From: Opitutia bacterium
Lineage (GTDB): Bacteria; Verrucomicrobiota; Verrucomicrobiia; Opitutales; Opitutaceae
Assembly: GCA_947478395.1 (NCBI GenBank)
Contig: CANJVR010000009.1
Location: forward strand, 27,232-91,231
DNA: 64,000 nt
Reading direction: 5' to 3'
Within the stretch, counting starts at the first letter, position 1. Each line of letters starts with the position of its first letter. Position numbers and translations under genes: made by a program. Shown here in pieces: positions 20,901 to 28,583 of this stretch. The notes beneath the pieces are model-generated. The model saw nothing but the letters and a program-made list of their open reading frames with translations. It was not told the origin of the DNA and did no database searches.

Positions 20901-21569
20901 GCCGGCGGCGGGCCTCCGGCCTTCGTTCGCGGTACCACGGACTGGACGCAAGTCCGCCTGCAGGTCACGACGACAACCGAAGAGCTCACCGTGCTCTGCT
21001 CGGTATCGTTGGGCGCGGCCGACAGCGGCACGACCAAGGGCTCCGCGTGGTTCGATGACGTTACGATCCGGGAGATCGGCCCCTCCGACGATAGCGTCGT
21101 CGAGCCGCTGAACGCCGTGCTGAATCATCTCAACGCCCGCACCGCTGCGCTCGGCAAGCCCGCGACGGGGGCTCCGGCGCTCGACAACACGATGTTCACC
21201 CTCGTGCTTGGCACCACGCCCGACGTGATGAAATACGATCGCACCGAGCTAACGGTGAAAGCCGGCAGCGTCACCCGCCTCGGTTTCCGCAACACCGATC
21301 ACATGCAGCACAACGTCGTCATTCTTCGGCCGGGCACGATGGAAGCCGTCGGTCTGCTCGCGGACAAAATGCTGACGGACCCACAGGGCCTCGCAAAAAA
21401 TTATCTGCCGGCGACGCCCGATGTGTTGTTCAGCACGCCGCTGGTGAACCCAGGTGAAAACTTCGATCTCGTTTTCACCGCGCCTGCCGCGCCGGGCCGT
21501 TATCCGATCATCTGCACCTTCCCCGGCCACTGGCGGATTATGCAGAGCGTGCTCGTCGTGACACCCTGA
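17949..21569 (+). CDS. Secreted PVC-type multidomain protein: ThuA-like, putative dehydrogenase beta-propeller, HEAT repeats, CBM-like, and azurin/auracyanin copper domain
   Basis: GRVFYTAWGHD (ThuA), LFASEPDIKKPIAMSWDERGRLW (propeller), DPDAQVRLAALLAL (HEAT), MQHNVV...ICTFPGHWRIM (type 1 copper ligands). Confidence 0.85.
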   Translation: MNSSVLPSRRHSSIGFIAFVAAFFLAALSAAAAPLKVLFLGDSGHHASAIRLRELAPAMIARGIQLVYTEDVAAALTLENLKRYDAFMIFANIDTITPAQDQALFDYVSQGGGFVPVHCASYCFRNSERYVALVGGQFQRHAAISSFKTRIVAPDHPIMKGWVGVESTGDEPYVHTKQNEKDRTVLEVRDNEPYTWVRNEGKGRVFYTAWGHDERTWMNVGFQDLIERGIRFAAGQKLPDTLSKPTAVTQFEYEEGLKVPYYSNEQGAAARGGNPWPKVQKPLTAAQSMEHIIVPAGFELQLFASEPDIKKPIAMSWDERGRLWIIETVDYPNKLLPAGEAGNDRIVICEDTNHDGKADKFTVFAEGLNIPTSLTFANGGVIVQQMPNTLFLKDTDGDDKADIKEVLITGWGRRDTHAGPSNLQYGPDNWIWGVVGYSGFNGTVGGKPYTFSQGFYRFKSDGSAIEFPRNTNNNTWGLGISETGIVFASTANNNPSTYMPIPARYYEPAGLTAGVLATIADTSRYLPITTKFREVDVFGGYTAGAGHALYTARSYPKEYWNRIAFVTEPTGHLVGEFILDADGANFRSHNPTNLISSDDEWCAPIMAEVGPDGSVWVIDWYNYIIQHNPTPIGFQTGAGAAYENELRDKRHGRIYRVVWKDGKPSPQPNLHNATPEVLVQALTNNNLFWRRHAQRLLVERGRKDVIPALIELTKNQTVDEIGLNAGATHALWTLQGLNALDSSPAALTAATEALKHPSAGVRRNAVTVLPRTAATVNAMIAANLLQDPDAQVRLAALLALSESPEVPAAGQALHATFAAQKVSLDRWSADAAKMAATRQSKGFLAAATPEEIAAARAAENQGTRSLLSSASLMTSGTGLPADWTLAKTAGNVEATRANVSHAGQQSLRLTLDGEGAAGGVSTKIKLKRNYRYELTAWIKTEGLPTLPAGGRAGGGGGRAGGPSIGGASLSAPAPAGARAGAPAGAGGGPPAFVRGTTDWTQVRLQVTTTTEELTVLCSVSLGAADSGTTKGSAWFDDVTIREIGPSDDSVVEPLNAVLNHLNARTAALGKPATGAPALDNTMFTLVLGTTPDVMKYDRTELTVKAGSVTRLGFRNTDHMQHNVVILRPGTMEAVGLLADKMLTDPQGLAKNYLPATPDVLFSTPLVNPGENFDLVFTAPAAPGRYPIICTFPGHWRIMQSVLVVTP

Positions 21570-21589
21570 GCGGCGCCTCGTGCGGCGCG

Positions 21590-21692
21590 GTTTTGGGTGA
21601 GGAGTTGCGCGTTTTAGGTTTCGAACCTTTCAACGCGAATTTCCGCAGACTGGATCCAACTCGAAACCCAAAACTCAAAACCAAAAACTTTT
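21590..21692. repeat. Inverted arrays of degenerate 7-mer repeats
   Basis: gttttgggtgaggagttgcgcgttttaggtttcg facing aactcgaaacccaaaactcaaaaccaaaaac. Confidence 0.6.
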
Positions 21693-21703
21693 TCCGTCCT
21701 CCC

Positions 21704-22831
21704 ATGCCTCAGAAAAAAATCAACCTCGCGATTATTGGCCTCGGCTTCGGCGCCGAATTCATCCCCATTTTCCAAGCGCACCCCGATGCCAATCTCGTCG
21801 CGGTCTGCCAGCGTGACCCGAAAAAACTGAAAGCCATCCAGGACGCATTCGGCATTCCGAAGGGCTACACCGATTACGACGAGCTGCTGCGCGATCCCGA
21901 GATCGATGCCGTGCACATCAACACGCCGATCCCTGATCACGCCGCCCAGTCCATCAAGGCGCTCAAGGCCGGCAAACACGTGGCGTGCACGGTGCCCATG
22001 GCGACTTCGATCGCCGATTGCCGCACCATCGTACAGCTCGTGAAAAAAACGGGGCTCAAATACATGATGATGGAGACCGTCGTTTACGCCCGTGAATATC
22101 TTTACATCAAGGAACTCTACGACCGCGGCGAGCTCGGCAAAATTCAGTTTCTCCAGGCCAGTCACCAACAGGACATGGATGGTTGGCCCAATTACTGGCC
22201 CGGACTGCCGCCCATGTGGTACGCCACGCACTGCGTCGGCCCGATGCTCGCGCTGACGGACGCCGTGGCGGAATACGTTTCCTGCTTTGGGTCCGGCACA
22301 ATCCGGAAAGAGTTGATCGCGAAATACGGTTCACCCTTCGCGGTCGAGACGGCGCACATCAAGTTCAAGGATTCCGATCTCACGGCGCGCATCATCCGCT
22401 CCCTCTTCGACGTCGCCCGCCAGTATCGCGAAAGCATCGACGTGTACGGTTCGAAGAAATCTTTCGAGTGGACGCTCGTTGAGCACGAGGCCCACGTCCT
22501 CCACACCGCGAAGCTGGCCGAGGCCAAGATTCCGAAAAAAGTTCAGGTGCCCGACTACGCAAAACGCCTGCCGAAAGGCATCCAGAAGTTCACCACCAAG
22601 GGCGTTTACGATCTCGGCAAGAAAACGCATCTCAGCTTCACGCAAGGCGCCGGTCACGGCGGTTCGCATCCGCACCTCGCGCACGAATTCCTGCGCGCGC
22701 TGGTCGAGGATCGCGATCCGATGCCCAACGCGGTCAAATCCGCGAACTGGACGTGCGTCGGTCTCTGCGCGCACGAGTCCGCCCTCGCCGGCGGGAAAAT
22801 CGTGCGGCTGCCGGCGTTTACGCAGGGGTAG
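21704..22831 (+). CDS. Gfo/Idh/MocA-family NAD(P)-dependent oxidoreductase
   Basis: IIGLGFG Rossmann motif, DAVHINTPIPDH, AGKHVACTVPMA. Confidence 0.92.
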   Translation: MPQKKINLAIIGLGFGAEFIPIFQAHPDANLVAVCQRDPKKLKAIQDAFGIPKGYTDYDELLRDPEIDAVHINTPIPDHAAQSIKALKAGKHVACTVPMATSIADCRTIVQLVKKTGLKYMMMETVVYAREYLYIKELYDRGELGKIQFLQASHQQDMDGWPNYWPGLPPMWYATHCVGPMLALTDAVAEYVSCFGSGTIRKELIAKYGSPFAVETAHIKFKDSDLTARIIRSLFDVARQYRESIDVYGSKKSFEWTLVEHEAHVLHTAKLAEAKIPKKVQVPDYAKRLPKGIQKFTTKGVYDLGKKTHLSFTQGAGHGGSHPHLAHEFLRALVEDRDPMPNAVKSANWTCVGLCAHESALAGGKIVRLPAFTQG

Positions 22832-22916
22832 AACCGCGCTGGCGGAAAAACCCCGCCGTACTCTCTGCAAACTTCCCTTTGCATCACCGCGGCTTTGTCG
22901 TTCACTCGACGGCTCG

Positions 22917-23894
22917 ATGATCGAAGTTTCGCACCTCACCCGCGTTTTCCGCACGTATAAGAAGCAGCCCGGCTTTTGGGGCGGCGTGCGCGGACTCTTC
23001 AAACGCGAATTCGAGGAAACTGCCGCCGCGAAAGATATCTCCTTCACGATCGCCGAGGGCGAATTCGTGGGTTTTCTCGGGCCGAACGGCGCGGGCAAAA
23101 CCACCACGCTCAAGATGCTCGCCGGGCTGATCTATCCGACCAGCGGCACCGCGCGTGTCGCCGGTTTCGATCCAACCAAACGCGAAAACGCCTATCGCCG
23201 TCTCTTCGCGCTGGTGCTCGGCCAGAAAAATCAGCTCTGGTGGGATCTGCCGGCCATCGAGTCTTTTCAACTGCTCCGGGCGATCTACGGAATCCCGCCC
23301 GCGAATTTCAAAGCGACGCTCCACGAACTGGTCACCCTCCTCGATGTGGAGAAAAAACTCAACGTGATGGTCCGCGAGCTTTCGCTTGGCGAACGCATGA
23401 AGATGGAACTCATCGCGGCGCTGCTCCATCGCCCGCGCGTACTTTTTCTCGACGAACCCACGATCGGTCTGGATGTGATTTCGCAAAAAAACGTCCGCCA
23501 GTTTCTCCGCGAGTACAACCGCCGGCACAAGGTGACGATCCTGCTCACGAGCCACTACATGGCCGACATCAAGGAACTCTGCGAACGCGTGATCGTGATT
23601 CACAAGGGCTCGAAAATCTACGACGGCGCCCTCGATCGGCTCGAGGCCGGCTCCGGCAGCCGCAAAAAAATCATCACGTTTCTCCCGGGCGACGGTTCGT
23701 TTCCCGTTGGCTGGAAATCGTGCCACGGCGAGTCGAAGCGCGATGACACGACGGGGAAATTCACCGTGCGTGTGCCAGCCGAAAATCTGGTGGCCGTGTC
23801 GCAGGAAATTCTCAGCACCGGCCCGGTCGCCGATATTACGATCGAGGATATTCCGCTCGAAGACGTGATCGCCGAACTGTTCGCGGCCCAGTGA
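22917..23894 (+). CDS. ABC transporter ATP-binding protein (exporter type)
   Basis: GPNGAGKTT Walker A, LSLGERMK signature, FLDEPT Walker B, TSH. Confidence 0.93.
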   Translation: MIEVSHLTRVFRTYKKQPGFWGGVRGLFKREFEETAAAKDISFTIAEGEFVGFLGPNGAGKTTTLKMLAGLIYPTSGTARVAGFDPTKRENAYRRLFALVLGQKNQLWWDLPAIESFQLLRAIYGIPPANFKATLHELVTLLDVEKKLNVMVRELSLGERMKMELIAALLHRPRVLFLDEPTIGLDVISQKNVRQFLREYNRRHKVTILLTSHYMADIKELCERVIVIHKGSKIYDGALDRLEAGSGSRKKIITFLPGDGSFPVGWKSCHGESKRDDTTGKFTVRVPAENLVAVSQEILSTGPVADITIEDIPLEDVIAELFAAQ

Positions 23895-23965
23895 ATCGCG
23901 CGCCGCCGCCTGCCGGCGGCGGCCCCACCGGCGCAAGCAGGGGCGGATCGCGTGTTCGCCTCAGC

Positions 23966-24814
23966 TCAGACCAAGCGGCGCCAAGTCTCGCCCACGAGAT
24001 CACGCATGAGCCGTTCGCACGTGGTCGCACTGTGATCGACCGCGGCGCGTAGTTGCCCTGCGTCGAGGGTGGCCCGGACGCAAACGGCCTCGAGTTCACG
24101 CGCGCTTGCCACACGTTCGATGCGCCGTCCCTCGGGAAAACTCCGCTCGCTGCGGCGGAGTTTCAGCTCATGCAGCAGACGAAAATTAGTCTCGGCGAGT
24201 TCGCGGTGCAGCATGCGCTGGGCGGCGCTCAATTCGCCCCGCGCAATCTTGCGTAGCGTCCACAACTGCTCGCATGCGAACGCGTGCGCCAGGCCCCGCG
24301 CCGCCTCGTCGCTCAAGCGGAGATCCGGCACCTCGGCAACGACCTTCCGGTAAAACGGATCCCACGCTTCGCTGCCGTGCAAAAATCTCCAACCCGGCCG
24401 GATCACGATCGCGAGATCCTGCAGGCCCCGGCGTACTTTGCCTTCCATCCGATGCCGGCCAAGTAAGACCAGCCATTTCAAAAGCCGCATCATGCCCGCC
24501 GACAGGATGACAAAATCGGTTTCCACGCCCGTGAATATGGCGTTCACCTTCGGCACACCCCCGATCCGCGCCACGCGCGAAGCGTAGGCGCGAATTTCGA
24601 AGTTTTTCCCAATTTCCCGGGTCCAATCCGAGTTGGAAAATCGTCCGGCTGCGCTCGTGATGATTTGAAAATCCCAGTCCGATTCCGGATCGGCGCGCCA
24701 GATTTCGTCGGTGGCTTTTCTTTCGCGCGAACCGATCAACACGAGCGCTTTCACGGCCGGCGTGCGCTGGGCCCAGGCAGTCATGGCTTCGCCAAAATCG
24801 ACCGGGATACTCAC
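23966..24814 (-). CDS. Pol-beta-superfamily nucleotidyltransferase, aminoglycoside 6-adenylyltransferase-like
   Basis: VLIGSRER...DPESDWDF (GS plus DxD), third Asp in ETDF, KIARGEL and GRRIE motifs of the ANT(6)-like helical domain. Confidence 0.65.
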   Translation of the reverse strand: MSIPVDFGEAMTAWAQRTPAVKALVLIGSRERKATDEIWRADPESDWDFQIITSAAGRFSNSDWTREIGKNFEIRAYASRVARIGGVPKVNAIFTGVETDFVILSAGMMRLLKWLVLLGRHRMEGKVRRGLQDLAIVIRPGWRFLHGSEAWDPFYRKVVAEVPDLRLSDEAARGLAHAFACEQLWTLRKIARGELSAAQRMLHRELAETNFRLLHELKLRRSERSFPEGRRIERVASARELEAVCVRATLDAGQLRAAVDHSATTCERLMRDLVGETWRRLV

Positions 24815-26592
24815 AGGCTGCGCAGTGAAATTAAAATTTCCGTGCCGTTCATACCCGGACCGGCGTGAATTTCGCCGTGATGCAGACGTAATACCTCCTT
24901 CGCCAAAAATACACCGATACGGCCTTGATTGGGGACCAAGCCGTCAGCCGGCTCCGGCAGGATGCCTTCGAGCTCAAGGTGCTTGCCCTTGATCGACAGC
25001 ATGGCGGTCAATTCATCCCCCTTACCAGCGGACCGCACCTGCAACGTCAGCTCTCCTCCGTTCAGGGCGAATCGGTTTTCAAGGACGGTGGCGATCAGCG
25101 AGCGCAGGGAGAATTCGATCAATTCCCTAGTGACCGAAAGTGGCACCGGGTCAGGGCCGACTTCGACGCGGAACCCAAGCACGGCGCCGACCCCCTGCGC
25201 GAGTTCGCGCAGATCAACGACCGAAGGCTTGGCCTCGTAGAGCGACTGCATGAGGCGGATGTTACCGTTCAGTGCCTCAAGTTTTGCGACGTCGCCCCGC
25301 GCCGCTTCGAGCAGAGGCGGTGGAATATTGTTTCCCGCTCCGGCCTGCCGGAACGTCGTGAGCGAGACCAGCGCGTTAGCCAATTCATGATTGAGAGTAA
25401 GACCGAGTTCGCGGAGCAGGGTCCGGCGATCAGCCCGCTCACGTTGGGCCATATCTTGCCGCTCGAGACTCGCTTCCTCCCAAAACGCCCAGACTCCACC
25501 GGTTTCGACAATCGGACCGGAGCTCGCGCGAAAGGGTTGGCCCGGCTTTGGCGTGACGCGGCAGACGCCTTGGGCAACGCGCACATCCCCAATGAGCGCG
25601 CGCACGACAAGCGGGACCTGCCGTGGTGGATTTTCGTCGGGGCCCAAAATGAGAGTCCCCGGCAGATATTTCGCCCCGAGTGTCGCCTGCTCCGCCAGAT
25701 GGTGGAGACGCGCATATTGCCCACACTTCATCAGAAAATAGCGCAAGAGCCGCGCGTAATGGACCAGACGGGTGCGATCGAACTCGTCGTAGGGCTGGCC
25801 ATCATCGCGGACGCCGAGCGCAATAAGTCCCTGCAAGCGGCCGTTCTCGTGCATGGGTGCAAGCAACCGGGCGCCCCACAGCGCGAGCCGGTTGCGAATG
25901 GCCAGTTCCGCCACGGGATCGGCCGGGCCTTCCCACGACGATCCATCGACCACGATCGGATGAGTTTCAAAGAAAACCACCAAGGGATCATCGAGCCGAA
26001 AAAATGAGGTGCCTCGATCGGCGCGGAACCCGTCGGGCTCACGCAGAAAAAAAACCGCGTGCGACGCCCGCAGTAAATGGCGCGAGGCCCGGCGAAATTC
26101 CGCGATCAGCCGGTCGCGCGTATCCATCGTTTCAACTGCGGCCTCCAGGAAATCCCAAAGCTCAGCGGCGTCCACCAAAGGCTGCACTCGCGCGGTCGGC
26201 CGCACCGGCTCAGCGCGGCGGATCCGATCCGCCATTAGCTCAAGCATCGATTGTTTTTCTGCGACTTCCTCGACCAACGGCAGTAATTCCCGCAAGCGCA
26301 CGGCGCTCTCTTCGTAGGAGAGATAAATTTTGGCGCGCCCTGACAGTTTCGCCTGCTCGTATGGCAGGCTGCGGGGTTCACCGACAAAAATAGTAGCACA
26401 ACGCGCAAGCGCGGGCGGCAGGTCTGCTTCCGCCGCCGCATCCAAAACCACAACGGCTGCAAACCCCGGAGAAGTGCCGCTGGACAGCGCGTGCGGAATC
26501 ATCCTCAGCGCCGTTTTTCCCGGCGCGACCTGTCGTTCCCACGCATCCCCCAAAGCGGAGTCCGACGTCGCGAGAATGATTAAGGTCGGCAT
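24811..26592 (-). CDS. Pseudo-receiver, GAF-like and degenerate histidine-kinase protein
   Basis: LLAPMHENGRLQGLIALGVRDDGQPY (GAF-like), H-box LNHELANAL, no recognisable N or G1 box, GRIGVFLAKEVLRLHHGEI as G2 remnant. Confidence 0.7.
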   Translation of the reverse strand: MPTLIILATSDSALGDAWERQVAPGKTALRMIPHALSSGTSPGFAAVVVLDAAAEADLPPALARCATIFVGEPRSLPYEQAKLSGRAKIYLSYEESAVRLRELLPLVEEVAEKQSMLELMADRIRRAEPVRPTARVQPLVDAAELWDFLEAAVETMDTRDRLIAEFRRASRHLLRASHAVFFLREPDGFRADRGTSFFRLDDPLVVFFETHPIVVDGSSWEGPADPVAELAIRNRLALWGARLLAPMHENGRLQGLIALGVRDDGQPYDEFDRTRLVHYARLLRYFLMKCGQYARLHHLAEQATLGAKYLPGTLILGPDENPPRQVPLVVRALIGDVRVAQGVCRVTPKPGQPFRASSGPIVETGGVWAFWEEASLERQDMAQRERADRRTLLRELGLTLNHELANALVSLTTFRQAGAGNNIPPPLLEAARGDVAKLEALNGNIRLMQSLYEAKPSVVDLRELAQGVGAVLGFRVEVGPDPVPLSVTRELIEFSLRSLIATVLENRFALNGGELTLQVRSAGKGDELTAMLSIKGKHLELEGILPEPADGLVPNQGRIGVFLAKEVLRLHHGEIHAGPGMNGTEILISLRSL

Positions 26593-28583
26593 GGAAAGGT
26601 GACACGAAACGTCGCGCCCTGACCAAAGATCGGCTGGTCGGCCACAATCGTAGCATTAACATTGGCCAGAATGTCCCTACATATCGCCAGTCCAAGGCCA
26701 AAACCAGACGACTTGCTCGACTGAAAAGTTTCGAAAAGCCGCGGCCAAATATCCGGCGCAATCCCGGGGCCGCTGTCCGAAATCACTAACTCAATATTGT
26801 TTCCGACGTTGCGGGAAACGATTTTAATCCAGCGGTCGCCGGGCTGCGTTTCAACGGCTTGGATCGCGTTCAAGCAGAGATTGAGCACCACCTGCTTGAC
26901 CGCGGCAGGATCCGTATAGATGGCATCGGGGGCGGCCAATAAGTCGGAGCGCAATGCGACATTAAAGCCTGCTGCTTTCGCCGCAACGAGATCAAGGCTC
27001 TCGCGTAGCACCGCATGGAGCTCCATCAATTTTGGGGAGTAAACCCTGGGCGCCGCCACATCCAACAATTGTTCCGTCAGCCGATCTATGCGTCTAACTT
27101 CATCGCTGATGACGCGGAAAAATTTATCGCGGAAAGCCTGATCCTGATAGTGCTGCGGCAACAGTTGAACAAAGGTCTTGATCGCAACGAGTGGATTTCT
27201 GATTTCGTGCGCCAAGCTGGCGCCTAGCAGGCCCACGGTAGCAAGTTGAGCAGCGTGCTGCGCCTTGGCGGAGAGGCTGGCCCGCTCGAGCGCGTTTGCT
27301 ATAATCGCGGCAAGTTCCAGGAGCTGCAGAACCTGCGGGTAGGTGAACGGGCGCCTTGACGCAGCTAAACCGACGCCGACCAACGCATTTAGCGTCGGCC
27401 CATCACAGGCGACCAAAATACCCAAATTTTGATCAGAGAGAAATTTCGCAAGAGCGACACGGGCAGGACTAGGCCGTTCGCGAGCCAGCCGCTCAGGTGT
27501 CGCCCAGCGGATCTCCTTCATGAGCTGCGATTCGCTGGAATCCGCGGAAATTTCAATACCACCGCCTTGATAAAAACCTGCAGCGCCGGAAAGCACTATC
27601 GCATGCTCGCTTCGTCCCCAACCCTTCAGGATGGAGAGAAATACACCTACAAGCTCTTCCATCTGAGCCTCCTTGCCAGCGGCAGAAAAAGCTGCCCGCC
27701 GAGCATTAATCACCTGAGGATAAGCTTGAAATGCGCGGTTGAGCCAGGCGTTCAATAAACCAGCAAACCACAGCGTGAGAGCTGTCGTCGCCAGAAATTC
27801 AAGAGGGGGAGGAAAAATTGGACCCAAGCTCACGTTCAGCACCCATGCAAAAGCACAGCTCAGCAATACCAGAACACTCTTTTCCGCGCATACTATCACT
27901 ACTTGCCGTGCATCGAAGATGCGATGGGTGTTGATACCGATTACAGTAAATGCATACAGCACCAAAACAATGATCGGCTGGAGCTGAATGGCAATACGCG
28001 CGTTAAAAACTGCACCGACAGCCATGAGTACTAAAACAGTTACAGCTACCGCACTACCGCCCAGCAAAAGGATTTGAAGCTCCAATCTAGCAGCGCCAGC
28101 CCGCGCTCGCATTTTAACAATGGTATCACTACAAAGACCGGCATAAAGTAACACAAGCCCGCCCATATATGCGTAGTAACCAAAGCCGTAAATTTTATCA
28201 CCTGCAGTAGAATGGGCCGGAACAAACCAGCCAGTAAAGCTGACGATCGCTAACGCCAGCGAACATAAAACCCAAATCCACCCCCTGCATACAATAACTT
28301 TAATCCCCGGTGAACACTCAATAACAGCTTCTTTCAAAAGCCAAAGATGCAACGGGATAAAAGCTCCCGCAGCGGAAGATATTCGCACCCAAATAAGACC
28401 ATTACTGCCTAGAGTTGCAATATAAACACAAGTAATCCACGCACTAACATGCACAGATAATGTGAAAAACCATCGGTTTATTGCACGACGCGGATTAGCC
28501 CAGAAAGCAGCACAGCCGACAAGGAGAACGGCCACGGCAGCCAGCACCGCGGCAAAAGAACTTATTTGCTCATGACCAGACAT
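26580..28583 (-). CDS. Multi-TM (7TM-type) sensor histidine kinase
   Basis: About 8-9 hydrophobic N-terminal segments, LAHEIRNPL, LNLCLNAIQA, DSGPGI, GFGLGL. Confidence 0.92.
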   Translation of the reverse strand: MSGHEQISSFAAVLAAVAVLLVGCAAFWANPRRAINRWFFTLSVHVSAWITCVYIATLGSNGLIWVRISSAAGAFIPLHLWLLKEAVIECSPGIKVIVCRGWIWVLCSLALAIVSFTGWFVPAHSTAGDKIYGFGYYAYMGGLVLLYAGLCSDTIVKMRARAGAARLELQILLLGGSAVAVTVLVLMAVGAVFNARIAIQLQPIIVLVLYAFTVIGINTHRIFDARQVVIVCAEKSVLVLLSCAFAWVLNVSLGPIFPPPLEFLATTALTLWFAGLLNAWLNRAFQAYPQVINARRAAFSAAGKEAQMEELVGVFLSILKGWGRSEHAIVLSGAAGFYQGGGIEISADSSESQLMKEIRWATPERLARERPSPARVALAKFLSDQNLGILVACDGPTLNALVGVGLAASRRPFTYPQVLQLLELAAIIANALERASLSAKAQHAAQLATVGLLGASLAHEIRNPLVAIKTFVQLLPQHYQDQAFRDKFFRVISDEVRRIDRLTEQLLDVAAPRVYSPKLMELHAVLRESLDLVAAKAAGFNVALRSDLLAAPDAIYTDPAAVKQVVLNLCLNAIQAVETQPGDRWIKIVSRNVGNNIELVISDSGPGIAPDIWPRLFETFQSSKSSGFGLGLAICRDILANVNATIVADQPIFGQGATFRVTFPCRP

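Noticed and set aside
22917..23894. ABC ATPase as exporter of the putative signal
   Set aside because: Convergent to the signalling operon with no permease nearby; no evidence of a link
26580..28583. PEP-CTERM system kinase PrsK
   Set aside because: Similar TM-GAF-kinase layout, but no sigma54 activator PrsR, TPR protein or exosortase in the window; not fully excluded without a profile search
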